In this document: piece by piece, positions 24,622 through 36,949 of the stretch
How the letters are laid out: each line of letters begins with the position of its first letter
Position numbering within the stretch: the stretch's first letter is position 1
DNA from: Raillietiella orientalis
Lineage: Eukaryota
DNA: 64,000 bases
Direction of reading: 5' to 3'
Assembly (NCBI GenBank): GCA_036172245.1
Contig: JAYWIR010000025.1
Span: 1,798,001 to 1,862,000, forward strand
The notes under the pieces: model-generated
Told to the model about the DNA's origin: nothing
The model's database searches: none
What the model saw: only the letters and a program-made list of their open reading frames with translations
Position numbers and translations under genes: made by a program

Positions 24622-25542
24622 GACACCATAATACTGATTTTTGTTTGTGTACTTTCCTTGGTTCACTTTTTGCCCATGTTAAAGTCTCCTATCTAATCAT
24701 ATGATTAATTAATTGTATCACGTTTCACGTACTTTTTCACCATGTGTTGTTTTGGTTGATATTTTGCCGAGTGTAAATCTTTGTGACTTTTGATTTTCTA
24801 CGCAGAATGTCCTGAAGAATGCACTCGGGGCATTGTTCGTGCAAACTGCAAAAATGGACATGCGATTATTGTGCAATGAAGGCTCGTACATATGGATTTC
24901 GATAGATTTTGCATTTTCTATTGCATTTTAATCTTGCATAATTTTTAGAACCCAGTAGTTAGTTTATCATACATAGAGCTCAGAAAAAAAAAAAGCAGAT
25001 GACAACCCTAAACACGGTTCAAATGTTCCAAATTTTGTGTCGTGTGATGGGGTTGTTTGTATTTATGCTGAGCAATTAAATCTTTGGGCAGGGCTGTAGG
25101 TAGCAAATGTGTGGTAAAACCAGGGTGAAAAAGTCATGGTGAAAAGTTACACATTTCGATCTTGTTCAAAAGTATTTAAGAATCGAAAACATTAGATCAA
25201 GAGTACATTTGATTGCGCTCGTTTGACCTTACTCCTGCTGTTTTTTTGAATAGAACAGTGATTCCTACATTCATGCCCCTAAAATCCCCAATCGGTTTAA
25301 TAAATGCCAGTAATATATTTCATCGTTTTTGTGTTTGGACGGATTAATGGGAACTGATTGATTCAAATTTGTTTCTTTTCGATTTAGGAGGTTAATTTAT
25401 TGAAAATGCATTCTGATGCAGCCTGTGAATCATGAAACTAGTCAAGATGGTTGTCTGCATATTTTTACCCAGTTCTTTTATTACCAGAAGATGGTTCTTC
25501 AGATAAAAGAAGTATCTGCAAAATATAAGAAATCTATATGAG

Positions 25543-27465
25543 ATGTCAAATTCATTTGAAAATACTACTAAGCATATCATGAAAAGATGCTATCCTTCTG
25601 TCATTTCTGGAATCAAAGATTCGTTGGAAGACAAAACAGCGGATTTTTTGTGTCCCATTTGTTTTGATGTTATAGAAGAAGCACATATAACAAAATGTGG
25701 GCACACTTTTTGCCATAAATGCATAACCAAAAGCTTGGAAAATAGCAATCGTTGCCCCAAATGTAATGGCAATTTAAATGGAAAGAATGATATATTTCCA
25801 AATTTTTTATTGAATGAGTTAATATCTAAGTATAAAAATACATATGAAAAAGTTTCGAAAAAAAAGAAGTTTGGAACACCAGAGAATCTATCAGAATTGA
25901 AACAGATCTTGGTGTCCAATACTGCAAATCTTGACATTAATGATGTTAATTGGATGTTAGGTATTTTATTTCAAAAAAAGCAGCAATTAGAAGAAGAATC
26001 ATTGCTGAATCAATCAAAATTATTAAAAGAATTTTTAGATTTGCTTTATAAAGTTAAACTTGAAACATTAGAAGGTTTAAAAAATAGTCTTATGATTATT
26101 GAAAAGGATTTACATGAAATTCAAGCAACCATTGATGAACATGAAACAAAATATTCTCACATAAAAGATGATGGCACAGTGAATGTTGATATAATGACCA
26201 TGTTACAGAATGAAAGCAAAAATGGGTCACTGATTACGGACATGATTGACGTTTATCAAGAAAATAGTCCCTTACTTGAACCAAATCATGAAAAAAAGAC
26301 TGTTACCGTAAAAAGTGTATCCAATCAAAAAAAATGTATGTATGAACATTTTGAGGATTTAGTTGAGCATTATTTCAGTGTTAGAGATGGAGTAAATATA
26401 GATAAAGAATCATATCCAAATAATTCACATGGCTTGAAATTATTTGGTGAAAGTTTATCTAAATTAACTCAGTACAACAGTGTTCAAATTTTGGCAACAT
26501 TAAACTATTCAACAGACTTACTGAATGGTTCAAATATTGTATCTAGTATTGAATTTGATAAAGATTTCGAAATATTTGCTATTGCCGGTGTGACAAAAAG
26601 GATAAAGATTTTCCAGTTCTCTTCTATCATATATGATATTGTCGATATTCATTATCCTACCAAGGAAATGGTTTGCAATTCAAAAATAAGTTGTGTGAGT
26701 TGGAATAATTATTTCAAGAACTTTCTTGCAAGCAGCGATTATGATGGGACAGTTAGCATTTGGGATGCATATGAAGGTCAAAAGATAAAGTATTTTCAAG
26801 AACATGAAAAGAGGTGTTGGAGTGTAGATTTCAATTTTGTTGATACAAAGCTGCTGGCATCTGGATCAGATGACTGTAAAGTGAAATTGTGGACAACTAA
26901 TCTTGGTCGTTCTGTTGCATGTTTGGAGGCACAGGCAAATGTTTGTTGTGTGAAATTCAATCCAAAGAAATCATATGAACTTGCATATGGTTCAGCAGAC
27001 CATTGTGTGCACTATTATGATTTCAGATATGCAAAAAATTCTCTAACAGTTTTGAAGGGTCATCAGAAAGCAGTCTCTTATGTAAAGTTTATAAACGAAC
27101 ATGAAATTGTTTCTGCATCAACAGATAATCAATTGAAATTATGGAATATAAGTCAGTCTAATGGCAAACCTGTAAATGTGCGGTCATTTGGTGGCCATTT
27201 AAATGAAAAAAATTTTGTTGGTCTTACAACAGATGGAGATTATATTGCATGTGGTTCTGAAAATAATAGCATGTATGTTTATTATAAGGGCTTATCTAAG
27301 CATTTACTGTGTTACAAGTTTGATGCAATGAGAACTTTATTAGAAAAAGACAGCAAAGATGATGACACTAATGAATTTGTGAGTGCTGTATGTTGGAAGG
27401 AAGATTCAAATATTATTATTGCTGCAAATAGTCAAGGATCAATCAAGATTTTACAACTACTATGA
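25543..27465 (+). CDS. COP1: E3 ubiquitin-protein ligase COP1 (RFWD2): RING finger, coiled coil, WD40 repeats; single coding exon, 640 aa
   Basis: Uninterrupted ORF. C3HC4 RING (DFLCPICFDVIEEAHITKCGHTFCHKCI...RCPKC) and COP1 hallmark strings SNIVSSIEFDKD, FAIAGVTKRIK, EHEKRCWSVDF, ANVCCVKFNP, GHLNEKNFVGL, FVSAVCW, AANSQG. In-frame stop at 25504 upstream; the start may be 25543 or 25579. Confidence 0.97.
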   Translation: MSNSFENTTKHIMKRCYPSVISGIKDSLEDKTADFLCPICFDVIEEAHITKCGHTFCHKCITKSLENSNRCPKCNGNLNGKNDIFPNFLLNELISKYKNTYEKVSKKKKFGTPENLSELKQILVSNTANLDINDVNWMLGILFQKKQQLEEESLLNQSKLLKEFLDLLYKVKLETLEGLKNSLMIIEKDLHEIQATIDEHETKYSHIKDDGTVNVDIMTMLQNESKNGSLITDMIDVYQENSPLLEPNHEKKTVTVKSVSNQKKCMYEHFEDLVEHYFSVRDGVNIDKESYPNNSHGLKLFGESLSKLTQYNSVQILATLNYSTDLLNGSNIVSSIEFDKDFEIFAIAGVTKRIKIFQFSSIIYDIVDIHYPTKEMVCNSKISCVSWNNYFKNFLASSDYDGTVSIWDAYEGQKIKYFQEHEKRCWSVDFNFVDTKLLASGSDDCKVKLWTTNLGRSVACLEAQANVCCVKFNPKKSYELAYGSADHCVHYYDFRYAKNSLTVLKGHQKAVSYVKFINEHEIVSASTDNQLKLWNISQSNGKPVNVRSFGGHLNEKNFVGLTTDGDYIACGSENNSMYVYYKGLSKHLLCYKFDAMRTLLEKDSKDDDTNEFVSAVCWKEDSNIIIAANSQGSIKILQLL

Positions 27466-27999
27466 TATTAACATGTTTTTTAGGATTAGGAATGACTTAT
27501 TTTTTCTACTTTCTTACTGTCTTATGTTAGATCATTGAAAATACAATATAGAACTAGTTATTGAATTTATATAGAAAGTAAAATATCATAATCATGGTAT
27601 TTCATTAAAATTTTAAAGATAGTTGTATTTATGTGTATAGATAAGTTATATTTAGATGTAGATACTTATTTTTCAAACATATGCAAGTTGTATTTATGGT
27701 GTAAGCATAACAAAAATCAAATAAACAAAGTATACGTTATTTTTTGAATGTTTATTTACTTTTTATCCTATTTTTTCAACCTATGTACCAACAATTAATA
27801 TGTAAACATGGGTAAAGCTCTTTGTTCTGTCTTTAAAGATATGATTGTCAATATGCAATGAAGTAACAGAATCAGTGTTCAGCATTTGCAAATGTTCCGA
27901 ATACTAGTCCTTGTTCAATTATAGGATAGTATGCTAAGCAAAATTTTTGCTTGGAAACTCATTAGTAGCAGAACTCAGTAAATTTATTTTGTATGCCAC

Positions 28000-29550
28000 A
28001 CCTTGGCTTTCAGTAACTCCTAAAGTCCTGTGCTGATTATACACTTTCAAAGCATCAGTTTGTCTGAAGGTGTAACTTTCTACTACTATGTGCATTTATT
28101 CTCATTTGGTGTTGTGTGTCAAGTATTCTTGGAAAGTAAACATCCTATTTTTCTGGAGGAAAACAAGTGTTACTTCCGACAATATTGCATCATTGCTGTT
28201 TATTAATGGACACTTTCCTGTTACTTGTGCATCCTGAATACAAGTATCAAAGGGTCATCAGAAAGCAGGTATCATTGATTGGGAATACAAGTATCAATTT
28301 GCCAAATGTTGCATGTCTGGTTCGCATTTTCATTTGCCACCCATGCAAATGAAATACAATACTCAATACCTGTATGCAGTGAGTCATATCTTACCATCCT
28401 CAAAGTTTGCTTTTAATCCTACTTTTGATGACTTAAGGCTTCCCTGCAATAAGACAGCACTCTGTTCCTGATCTGCAAAATGAGATTGGATTCACAGCAA
28501 GATCTATCCAAATCCATCATTGTACTCCACTGTAAATTCACTGCTTTTCATACTGTTCCTTAACTTAATCAAATTCAATGCAATTCAACTTTTTATGACC
28601 CCTTTTTAATTCCATTATATTCTCCATCACAGAAATGTCTTGCTTCAGTGATGTTGCTTAGCTCAGAAAACTGCCTTCACAGTCATTTTGTTTGGAAAGA
28701 GAACTACATCATCCATTACTATTGCATTTCTTGTTGAACTGTCTGTTATCATCTCATCAGCTGATAGCAACATATGTGCTATACTTTTCTATCTCAGACA
28801 TAACTTGCGATCACAATCTTCAAAAGCTTCATGTAGTTAACTGTAATCGCTACTTCTTTTTAAATCTTCATCTTAGCTCTTAGTACCACCATCATGTTTC
28901 TTGTGCATTCCTTGCTTACTTTAATACTTTCTTTACATATTCTGACTTGTTACTTTAGTAGTTAATGGTTGTCCTTTGTAGCATACAGTACAAATACATT
29001 CTTGTTCCTCAGAATTAGGAAATAAATAAAATGCCTTTCTGCATCCCCAATCTTTATTTATAAATACCTTTATCAATCTTCTCTTATTCTCCCAGAATAA
29101 ATAACATATTCCTGTAATTGTCTTCCAGTTAGAATTCCCCTAACACTTACCACTCACTCAAACAACTGATGACCACATCTTCAGCATTAAGCTAATCACT
29201 GATCATTACTTCTATAGCCCACCATGAATACAATGCTGATTGTACCATATGACCTTTCCATAATAGTCTTGCCTAATTTAAATATCCTATTTATCTCAGA
29301 ACACTCCCTCAAAAATAATTTTCAAAACAGCACTACTCCCCAATTTTGGCTACATCTTCTATTCTATATATTATGGAGACTCTAACATACCTCGAGCATG
29401 AAACATCTTAGTGAACATCATTCATTGAGCAACACATAAGAATGTACCAATGATCTAAAGCCCATTCCTTGGTAGGTATTATTCTGCTGGATTCTTGATA
29501 ACTTTATTTTCACAATTAGAATTTAAATCCATATTTCAAGTCATAACAGC
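28000..29550 (-). mobile_element. AT-rich decayed LINE relic
   Basis: Minus-strand VGYR (~29210-29223) and LGEF* (~29128-29143) resemble endonuclease xxYRxP and xGDFN motifs; extent uncertain. Confidence 0.3.
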
Positions 29551-32500
29551 GGAGAGACTACAGTGATAATTGAAATACAAAATTACCCAACATTTCAGTA
29601 TTATCGAACTGAATCTCAACTGAATAAAGCTCAACTTCAGATGAAATTTTAAAATGATTAAGAAATTCATTTAATGAAAGGCTGAAATAAGCTTCAACTA
29701 TAACACTAGGTTTTGATTGCAAGTGATTGTCATCAAGAACATAGTTGGATCATCTTTCTCATTTTTATTTCAAAAAGATCGTTTATCAATTCAAAAAGCA
29801 AAATGTTATCACAACCTTTCATGGTTAAGCACTCTACCTTAATTTTGCAACTAATCCCAATGTGAATACTTAACAACCACATATAAAGTCTAGTAAAGAT
29901 TTATGAAAAAAACAAAAAAAACTCAAAACATGAATCATCTCTACTACATCTCTTTCAGTAACAGCACCTCTAGTGATGTCCTCACTTTATTGCAACCAGC
30001 ACCTTATAATGTCTTAAATCAACTTAGACAAATACATCTAATACACAAACGACTATACACCTAATAATGGCATGAAAAACGAAATGAATAGTAATTCTCA
30101 CATGCTGAATCTCTTTCGATTACAAGCACTTCTACACTCTGTACAACTCAGTTTTCTCACATCACTCTGCATAAATCAGTCAAATCTACTGCCATTAACT
30201 CAGTTAATGCAATTTTAAGTCTAACTTAAGGATAGTACTTATTTTGCCGCAAATCACTGCCTCTGAAGTCCAAGAAGTGATATAACAGTACATAAGTGCC
30301 CTTGTTAACTTACATAAAATAGTGGCGTACCTAAGTTTCATTAGAAAACTAAACCTTCATGAGTAACCTTCAAGACCAGCAAGAAACTGTAACTCTTATA
30401 AACTCAACAAAAACGTAATCACCTCCATGTCAACATGTCTTGTACTCATTTGCAGCCTTCAAGGTGGAATAGTTTTGAACCATTCTCAAACAAATAGTTA
30501 TTACAATGCTGGAAAAAAAGTATTTATTTTTTTTCTAAAGTTCTTAAGATACATGAAGTCACAGTAATTGGGCAGTTTTTAACCCTGACACCATGAAACA
30601 ACACTCTGAATCATCCCCAAACCAGTCATTATGCTGTCTGTAAAGGAAGAATGAAACCCAAATGGAATTAAGTTTTGATAATAACTAACACAACATTCAC
30701 AGCATCACATTTCTCAGGGTTACTAGTGTGCATCATCCATGCAAGTCCTAAAAATATGACTAGAGTAGAACAAAGTCCGAGACAAGAGGAACCAAACTCT
30801 TGCAAAATCTATAATAACATTCATTGTTTCATGGCTCCTGTAAAACAGCTTTGGGAATTTAGGGCACTCAAGATCTGTGATCATCAAAGCTGCAGAATGC
30901 TGATCTCAACTACCAATACAAACTTTCAATGTTAACACTCCATTTCACACTATCAGTGTTTTTTAGAGTCAGCTGATCTCATTTCTGCCCATTTTCATGG
31001 CTGCGGTCGATTCCAGCTTCTTTTCTCACATATTTTAGAAGAGTTTGTATCATTCTTTTCTAAATTCACTATTAGAAAATAGGAAACTTTGCGATGCAAT
31101 GCATATCTGTGACAGCAGCTATGTTGAACTATTTCAGAATAAATCCACCCTGTGTCGAAATTCTGCAGCTTTGTGAGTTACTTTTGTAGTTTTAAATTTT
31201 TGTTTGACACATAGGCTGCAAAAATTAGATAGTAGTTATTATGTTCAGGTATAATGATAAAATCCTGTTTTAAATTTTAGCTCCTTCTCCCACTCTTGAA
31301 GTATGTGAATCTAACTTTCAAAGAAACGAAAACTATTTGTTTTACAGAAAATTCCTGTTCACTGGAAAAGCGATAATATGCACTTTTACATGATGTTGCC
31401 TTAAAAGGCACATTCTTCAGAAATGCTTTAAGAACATTTGTGTGATAATGATTTACAATTGAACTCTTGAAAGTATTGTGCTTAAAGGTGTCTATTTCCA
31501 AATTCAATGATCATCATCATATGCACCTCATAACATCAAAATGTAACTTTGGAAACAAAAAGAGAATTATCACTTAAATAGGAAAATATGAATGCAATTC
31601 TTATCAATTAAAAAATTAATGAAAAATATAAATATCTCTTGTATATGGCAACTTTTTGATCCAGTCCTAACATCTACACCCAACAACTTGATTCATATTG
31701 ACAACTGATTTCAAATGCACAATCTAATCTGGCCAATTCTTATAGACTACTTTCACTGTTTCTGCTAGACAAAAAACCCACCCCAACAGTGTACAAACCA
31801 AACCAGATTGTACATGCTTATGAGACATGCACAATTCATGGCATGGAATGATATCAGGTTGATCATTCAGAATGCTCTTCACAATGACTCACATGCCTGA
31901 TCTAAGAATAAAAAACAAGTATTTTATGATTCATTGCCTGAGCACATAAGTATTCTTATGATACTCATTGTTCACTCCTGTGTTGACTGGATTCAAACTT
32001 CACTAATGTTATAACACACAAATCAAATTATTGATGCAACCTTAAATTTCAAATCATCACCCACAAACCACAGAAAGGAAAGGTGAGAATGACCACAAAT
32101 GAGCGATAAGCCACAAAGAATGTACGCATTATCATAAACATAAATTCATGAAGAAACTACAAACAATAATCCACATGGAAATTTCTTTTACTCATTACCC
32201 TAGGTATCTTTTTCACAAGTATGTATCTTATGAATCCAAAACGCAATCTAAAATCTGAACAAACTCTGCCGCATCGGAATTTTTTTTTTACCTAAACCAT
32301 CACACCCCTTCTTTCCCTTGCATCCAACGGTAACGTTTCCTTGTCTAGAATACCATTCTTTGATTCATTTTTAACAAAGTAGTCAGACCCTGAGTTCCCT
32401 TTCATTTCTTCGCTCATACTTCGTTATTTTGTCTTTCTAGAATTCTTGGCCCTTAAGCAGATGTCTTGCCTTGTTTGATAGTTAATGATGTTCTTGATAA

Positions 32501-32639
32501 TCAACTGCATACTCACGTCCCTTGCATTCAAGTGTGCAGCGACGTGTGAAAAAAATCTTCATTCCACCGTAAACCAAAGGTTTCCTGACTGATACGTGAC
32601 CTTACAGAACGTACTAAATCCAAGCCCTTTACTCTCCTT

Positions 32640-34262
32640 GTCTACGTGACCTTGCTCCGGATGCCGGACGTGGGGACTGGCGATTGCACGTATTCCAAAA
32701 ATCCTTTATTTTGCTCCAGCAGCTCTGATTGCAGGTCTGAGCTTGGAGACGGGCTGCAGCCCCAGCGGCTAATTGATCACTGAGGAGATGAATTCGAGCA
32801 AGAAGGAGTTGGGCTCGATGTTTCTGTTGTTCCAGTTGTGGATGGTCCTTGAATAACTGCAGCTCATGAAGACTAGTGCATGGGACAAGTGCAGTGCACA
32901 TTCGACTATGGCACCTTTGCGGGAATCAAAATTTTAAAAATGTTGCCATTATAGAATGTTGTTGATTGTATCGAGATCGGTAAAAACAATTAATTTTGGA
33001 AAATGAAATAAAAGAAACCAAATTGTTGAACAGCAATATGCATTTTTATAATCAAATGAGCAAATTTAGTAACATTTAGTAACAGTGTATGGTAAATGAT
33101 GATGATATGATATAAAGTTTGATTCAGACTTCTTCACGATTGCTTTTCCCCGTATTCTTCCAGGAGAATAATATCATGAACAGGAAGGCAGGCACTTTCT
33201 GACCACTCAGCTAAATTGAATGAGTCAATAACTTTGTCAACATCAAATTTTTGAACCTGGTTACTCTCATCTAAATCTTCTTCTGCATGCTCCACAGGAG
33301 CGTTCACAGTGCTATCCAGATCATGAACATGATTTCATCCGTTTTCTCCTTCCGTCCATTTTATAATCTCCGAGTCAATTGCTACATTTTCTCTTATTAT
33401 GGAAGTGAATAGTGTTGAAATGGGTATATCATCGTCAGTACAATAGGCAATCGGTAAATTCGAACTTTCGATTTCACGTAAAATATCTAACTTTTGTTGA
33501 ATAGTTCATGAATTACCTTTATGTTTTCCCATCTTTAACGCGGTTGAAAGAAGTTTCTTTTATCGAATGACAGAAAACTTGAAATGTTGACTATATCAAG
33601 GGTTGCTTATGTCAAAAGTTTTTTTTATCAAAGGTGCCTATATCGAGCGTGCATTCTATCTGCCGATCTGCCTTGTACTATGGATTTCCGTGCAAATTAT
33701 TTCTGAATTCGGAAATACTGCTTGATGATGCGCTCAATTCAGGCTCTGATTTCTGTGTCTTCATCCTGATTGTCGTGGACATCGTACTGATGCTCTTTAT
33801 CAGTACTAACTTCTAAATACCTCTAAATTTGGATTAGAGGCCAGAGACTCTTGTGGCACACTTCGAACGCTTGGCCCACAGTTAAGACTATGGATAGATT
33901 TTTCAGAGACGTAAATACGTTCCCGGACCATGAAACTTAAGATCTTCCTATCTTGCGAGTCGTGGGACACGTAAAAGATCCTGCCGCATCACCAGTTGTT
34001 TTGATTCCCGAAGCAGCTTCTTCATCTTTAGGAAGACCCTTACGCTCTCTACGGAGATCTCCATCTCTGCCTTCCTCTTCTTGATCTCTTTGCCCTGAAT
34101 TCCTATCGGATCCTGTGCATTCCAGCCACGATCCCCACCCAGCTCTTCCGCTTGGGGATGTTCAACATTCCTATGTACCAGCCGGAAAGGTGATTCCAGG
34201 TAGGAAGACTTCTTGCGGACGCAGTGGGATACGCACGTCCAGATCGGCGCTGCGTACCGGGC
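32640..34262 (-). pseudogene. NOS1AP: CAPON/NOS1AP (PTB-domain adaptor) pseudogene, apparently processed, interrupted by a DNA transposon
   Basis: Minus-strand translation across frameshifts: DVRIPLRPQEVFLPGITFPA/YIGMLNIPKRKSWVGIVAGMHRIR*EFRAK/EIKKRKAEMEISVESVRVFLK...[21 protein letters not shown]...[14 protein letters not shown] (34262-33850). Then LHELQLFK...ARIHLLSDQLAAGAAARLQAQ/LLEQNK (32880-32700). These match the NOS1AP motifs [32 protein letters not shown] and VHLLKDQLAAEAAARLEAQ. In-frame TAG at 34103-34105 and several frameshifts. Confidence 0.88.
32892..33656 (-). mobile_element. pogo/Tigger-like DNA transposon deletion derivative
   Basis: Imperfect TIRs: cagtgcacattcgactatggcacctttg (32892-32919) vs the reverse complement of 33629-33656, gaatgcacgctcgatataggcacctttg. 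TA follows the right end and TG precedes the left. Internal minus-strand peptide TIQQKLDILREIESS...DIPISTLF resembles the CENP-B/psq N-terminal HTH. Confidence 0.7.
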
Positions 34263-35647
34263 TGAAAGTTAATTTAGTTCTGAGAATTCAAAAATGTCCT
34301 GAACGACACTTGCTAATGAAAACAATCGAAACTACTAAAACCATGAAGCTTCAGATAAGCACAAAAAATGGACTTATTGGAGGATTTGCAGCATCTTGTT
34401 TTTAGATGTAGAAAAGCTATTCAGTTGGAAGTGTACATAGTCGTACGAGGAATGCATCGAGAAGAGAAGACTCCTGAGATAGTTCTAACAAAGGTAGGTA
34501 TTGTTCACAAACTACTAGAATATTTCTTTGCGAGGTATTTCCTTGCATAAAAATAGAAATATCTTATTAACAGTATATTATGTACTGTATGCAGTTTCTT
34601 CGAAAAATGTCAAGATAATCAGTTACCTGCATGAAAAATGAATTATGAGTTTTGAAAATAGCGAACTATAAAATTTATGCATATCTTTGGCTATTCTTAG
34701 CAGATATTTTTTGTAAATTAATATCATTCTTTTTTTTCATACTGCACTTTGCAGCAAATTCTAAACTCAGTTTCCATTGCATTATTTTCTTCAGGTTTTT
34801 CTAACTTCGATATATATTTCTCGCCCAATGATAAGATCTCCAGCACTTTTCACTTGTTTCTTGCTAAACAGATGTTGATGTCTTTGATTCCCTAAGGATT
34901 GCCTTTGATTTCCTTATTCATTATGCTCTCCATTTTGCTTCGATTTGTAGCATCCTTAATATTGAAAGCATGCTCCCTACTGTGACAAGAAAATTGGTTT
35001 TCTCGTCTCCCATGCTGTGCAGAAAGCGGCGAGAATGTCAGATGCCAAGCAAAATACGATTTTGAATTTCATAATTTTTAAATATCCATCTTTATATTGG
35101 TATTGTTCCTAGTTTTTCAATCAAAAGCATCGTTACATATGACATTTTCGAAGTAAAAATATTTTAAAAATATCCTTTAAATTACTTTAACAAAAGAACC
35201 AAATAGAGCTTTCGAAACGTCTCACAGACAAATACTAGTAAATAAATCATATCTCATAAGTATTGATCCATGCTTAAAAGCATTTTAATGGAATAATGCC
35301 TTGTGAAATATTTATTCGAATAGCTTACAGCATAGCCTGTTTGTTTCAACATGCTATACAAGCAGGAATAAAAATCCAATGTTGGACTTCCTTCTCAACA
35401 GTTAGCATGTTTAATTCATAATCTTGTGAAACATATCGTAATTTTAATATGGATCATAACTGTTTATTTCTAGAGCGATATGTGAAAAACTCGACAACAT
35501 TTTGCGTTTCATGCAATACTTTTTATTTGAAACTTGAAAATTTCTGTCTATTTACAAAAAAAATTCTCAAAGTGAGGCTGGTAAGTAATATCATATGGTT
35601 CCCAGACGTGAGGACGTAGTGTATGTCGTTCATTGGAAGCAAGGAAA

Positions 35648-36692
35648 ATGGGTGTTGATGCTACAGTATTTGAAAAATTGAACACCTATTTTGCTGATCA
35701 CAGCTACGTCGAAGGGTAGGAATAAAATTTGTGTAATACTCTCCTTGATTTTATGCACGAATCTGATTTGTTTTCGATTATGGTGAATGCCTAGATTATG
35801 CGTTAATGGAGGGTATGTTTTAGGTATTGCCCATCACAGTCAGACAATATATTATTTAATGAAGTACCACAAAAAATTGATCAACAGCAGTATGTTCACT
35901 TGTATAGGTGGTACAATCACATTAATAGTTTTGGAGAAAACAGGAAAAAGTTCGTTGATGTTCAAAAAGATTTGAAGGAAATATTGAAGTTGACAGATAC
36001 TAGTAACCGTAATGAAAACAAAACCGATGAAGAAGAGGACGATGACATAGATCTATTTAAGTCAGAGGAAGAGGTGCATGCTGTGCCCAGTATACTTATT
36101 GCTATTAATTTTGAATTAGGATAATTGTTTTTTGTATGCACAGTTAATTAAAGATCCTATGTTATGTTCTGGGAAATCGCATTCTTACTTTTGTAATCGA
36201 TTTTAATATTAATCTGCTGACTCATATAACAATTTGTTGCATGTTTGCCTTGGTTGGTTAATTGGTTGTTTTGCCTCAACTGTTTATGTTTAGGATGATG
36301 AAGCTCAAAAAATTAAAGAAGATCGTTTGAAAGCTTATGCCGAGAAAAAATCCAAAAAGCCAGCATTGATAGCAAAATCCAGTGTCATTTTGGATGTAAA
36401 ACCATGGGATGATGAAACAGATATGAAGCAAATGGAAGAACAAGTTCGTTCCATTGAATGTGATGGTCTAATATGGGGTGCTTGTAAGTCCTGTGTTTCA
36501 TTTTGTGTGCCCACTTTAAGTACTGTACTTTTTTTAGCCAAACTTGTGGCTGTAGGATATGGTATTCAAAAACTGCAAATTGTATGTGTTATAGAAGATG
36601 ATAAAGTATCAGTTGACTGGTTAACTGAAGAAATTCAAAAGAATGAAGATTTGGTGCAATCAGTTGATGTGGCAGCATTTAATAAAATTTAA
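35648..36692 (+). CDS. EEF1B: Elongation factor 1-beta
   Basis: Exons 35648-35715, 35824-36073, 36294-36483 and 36538-36692, all GT-AG and phase-consistent. Motifs [78 protein letters not shown] at ~36739. Confidence 0.96.
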
Positions 36693-36949
36693 TCAGAATT
36701 TCATTGTGATTATGCTGAGGAGGATATGTCTATCTAGGAATAAATTTGCCACTTCTGAATGCATCTTGCAATATTAGTTACTTGATTTATTAAAACTAAA
36801 AACTCAGTAGAATGAACTTGGAACTCTTAACTTTTAGTTCCATGTATGCTTAGAGCAAGTACTTAAACAAACAAACAATGTGAATCCATCTTGAAAAGAT
36901 GCCAGTAATGTCTTCATGGTCTGATCTACATTTGCTTAGCCTGATGCAT

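Noticed and set aside
25590..25937. Antisense ORF within COP1
   Set aside because: Shadow of the sense CDS.
32629..32901. 90-aa ORF as a standalone small gene
   Set aside because: It is the frameshifted C-terminal part of the CAPON pseudogene, and its ATG lies in the transposon TIR.
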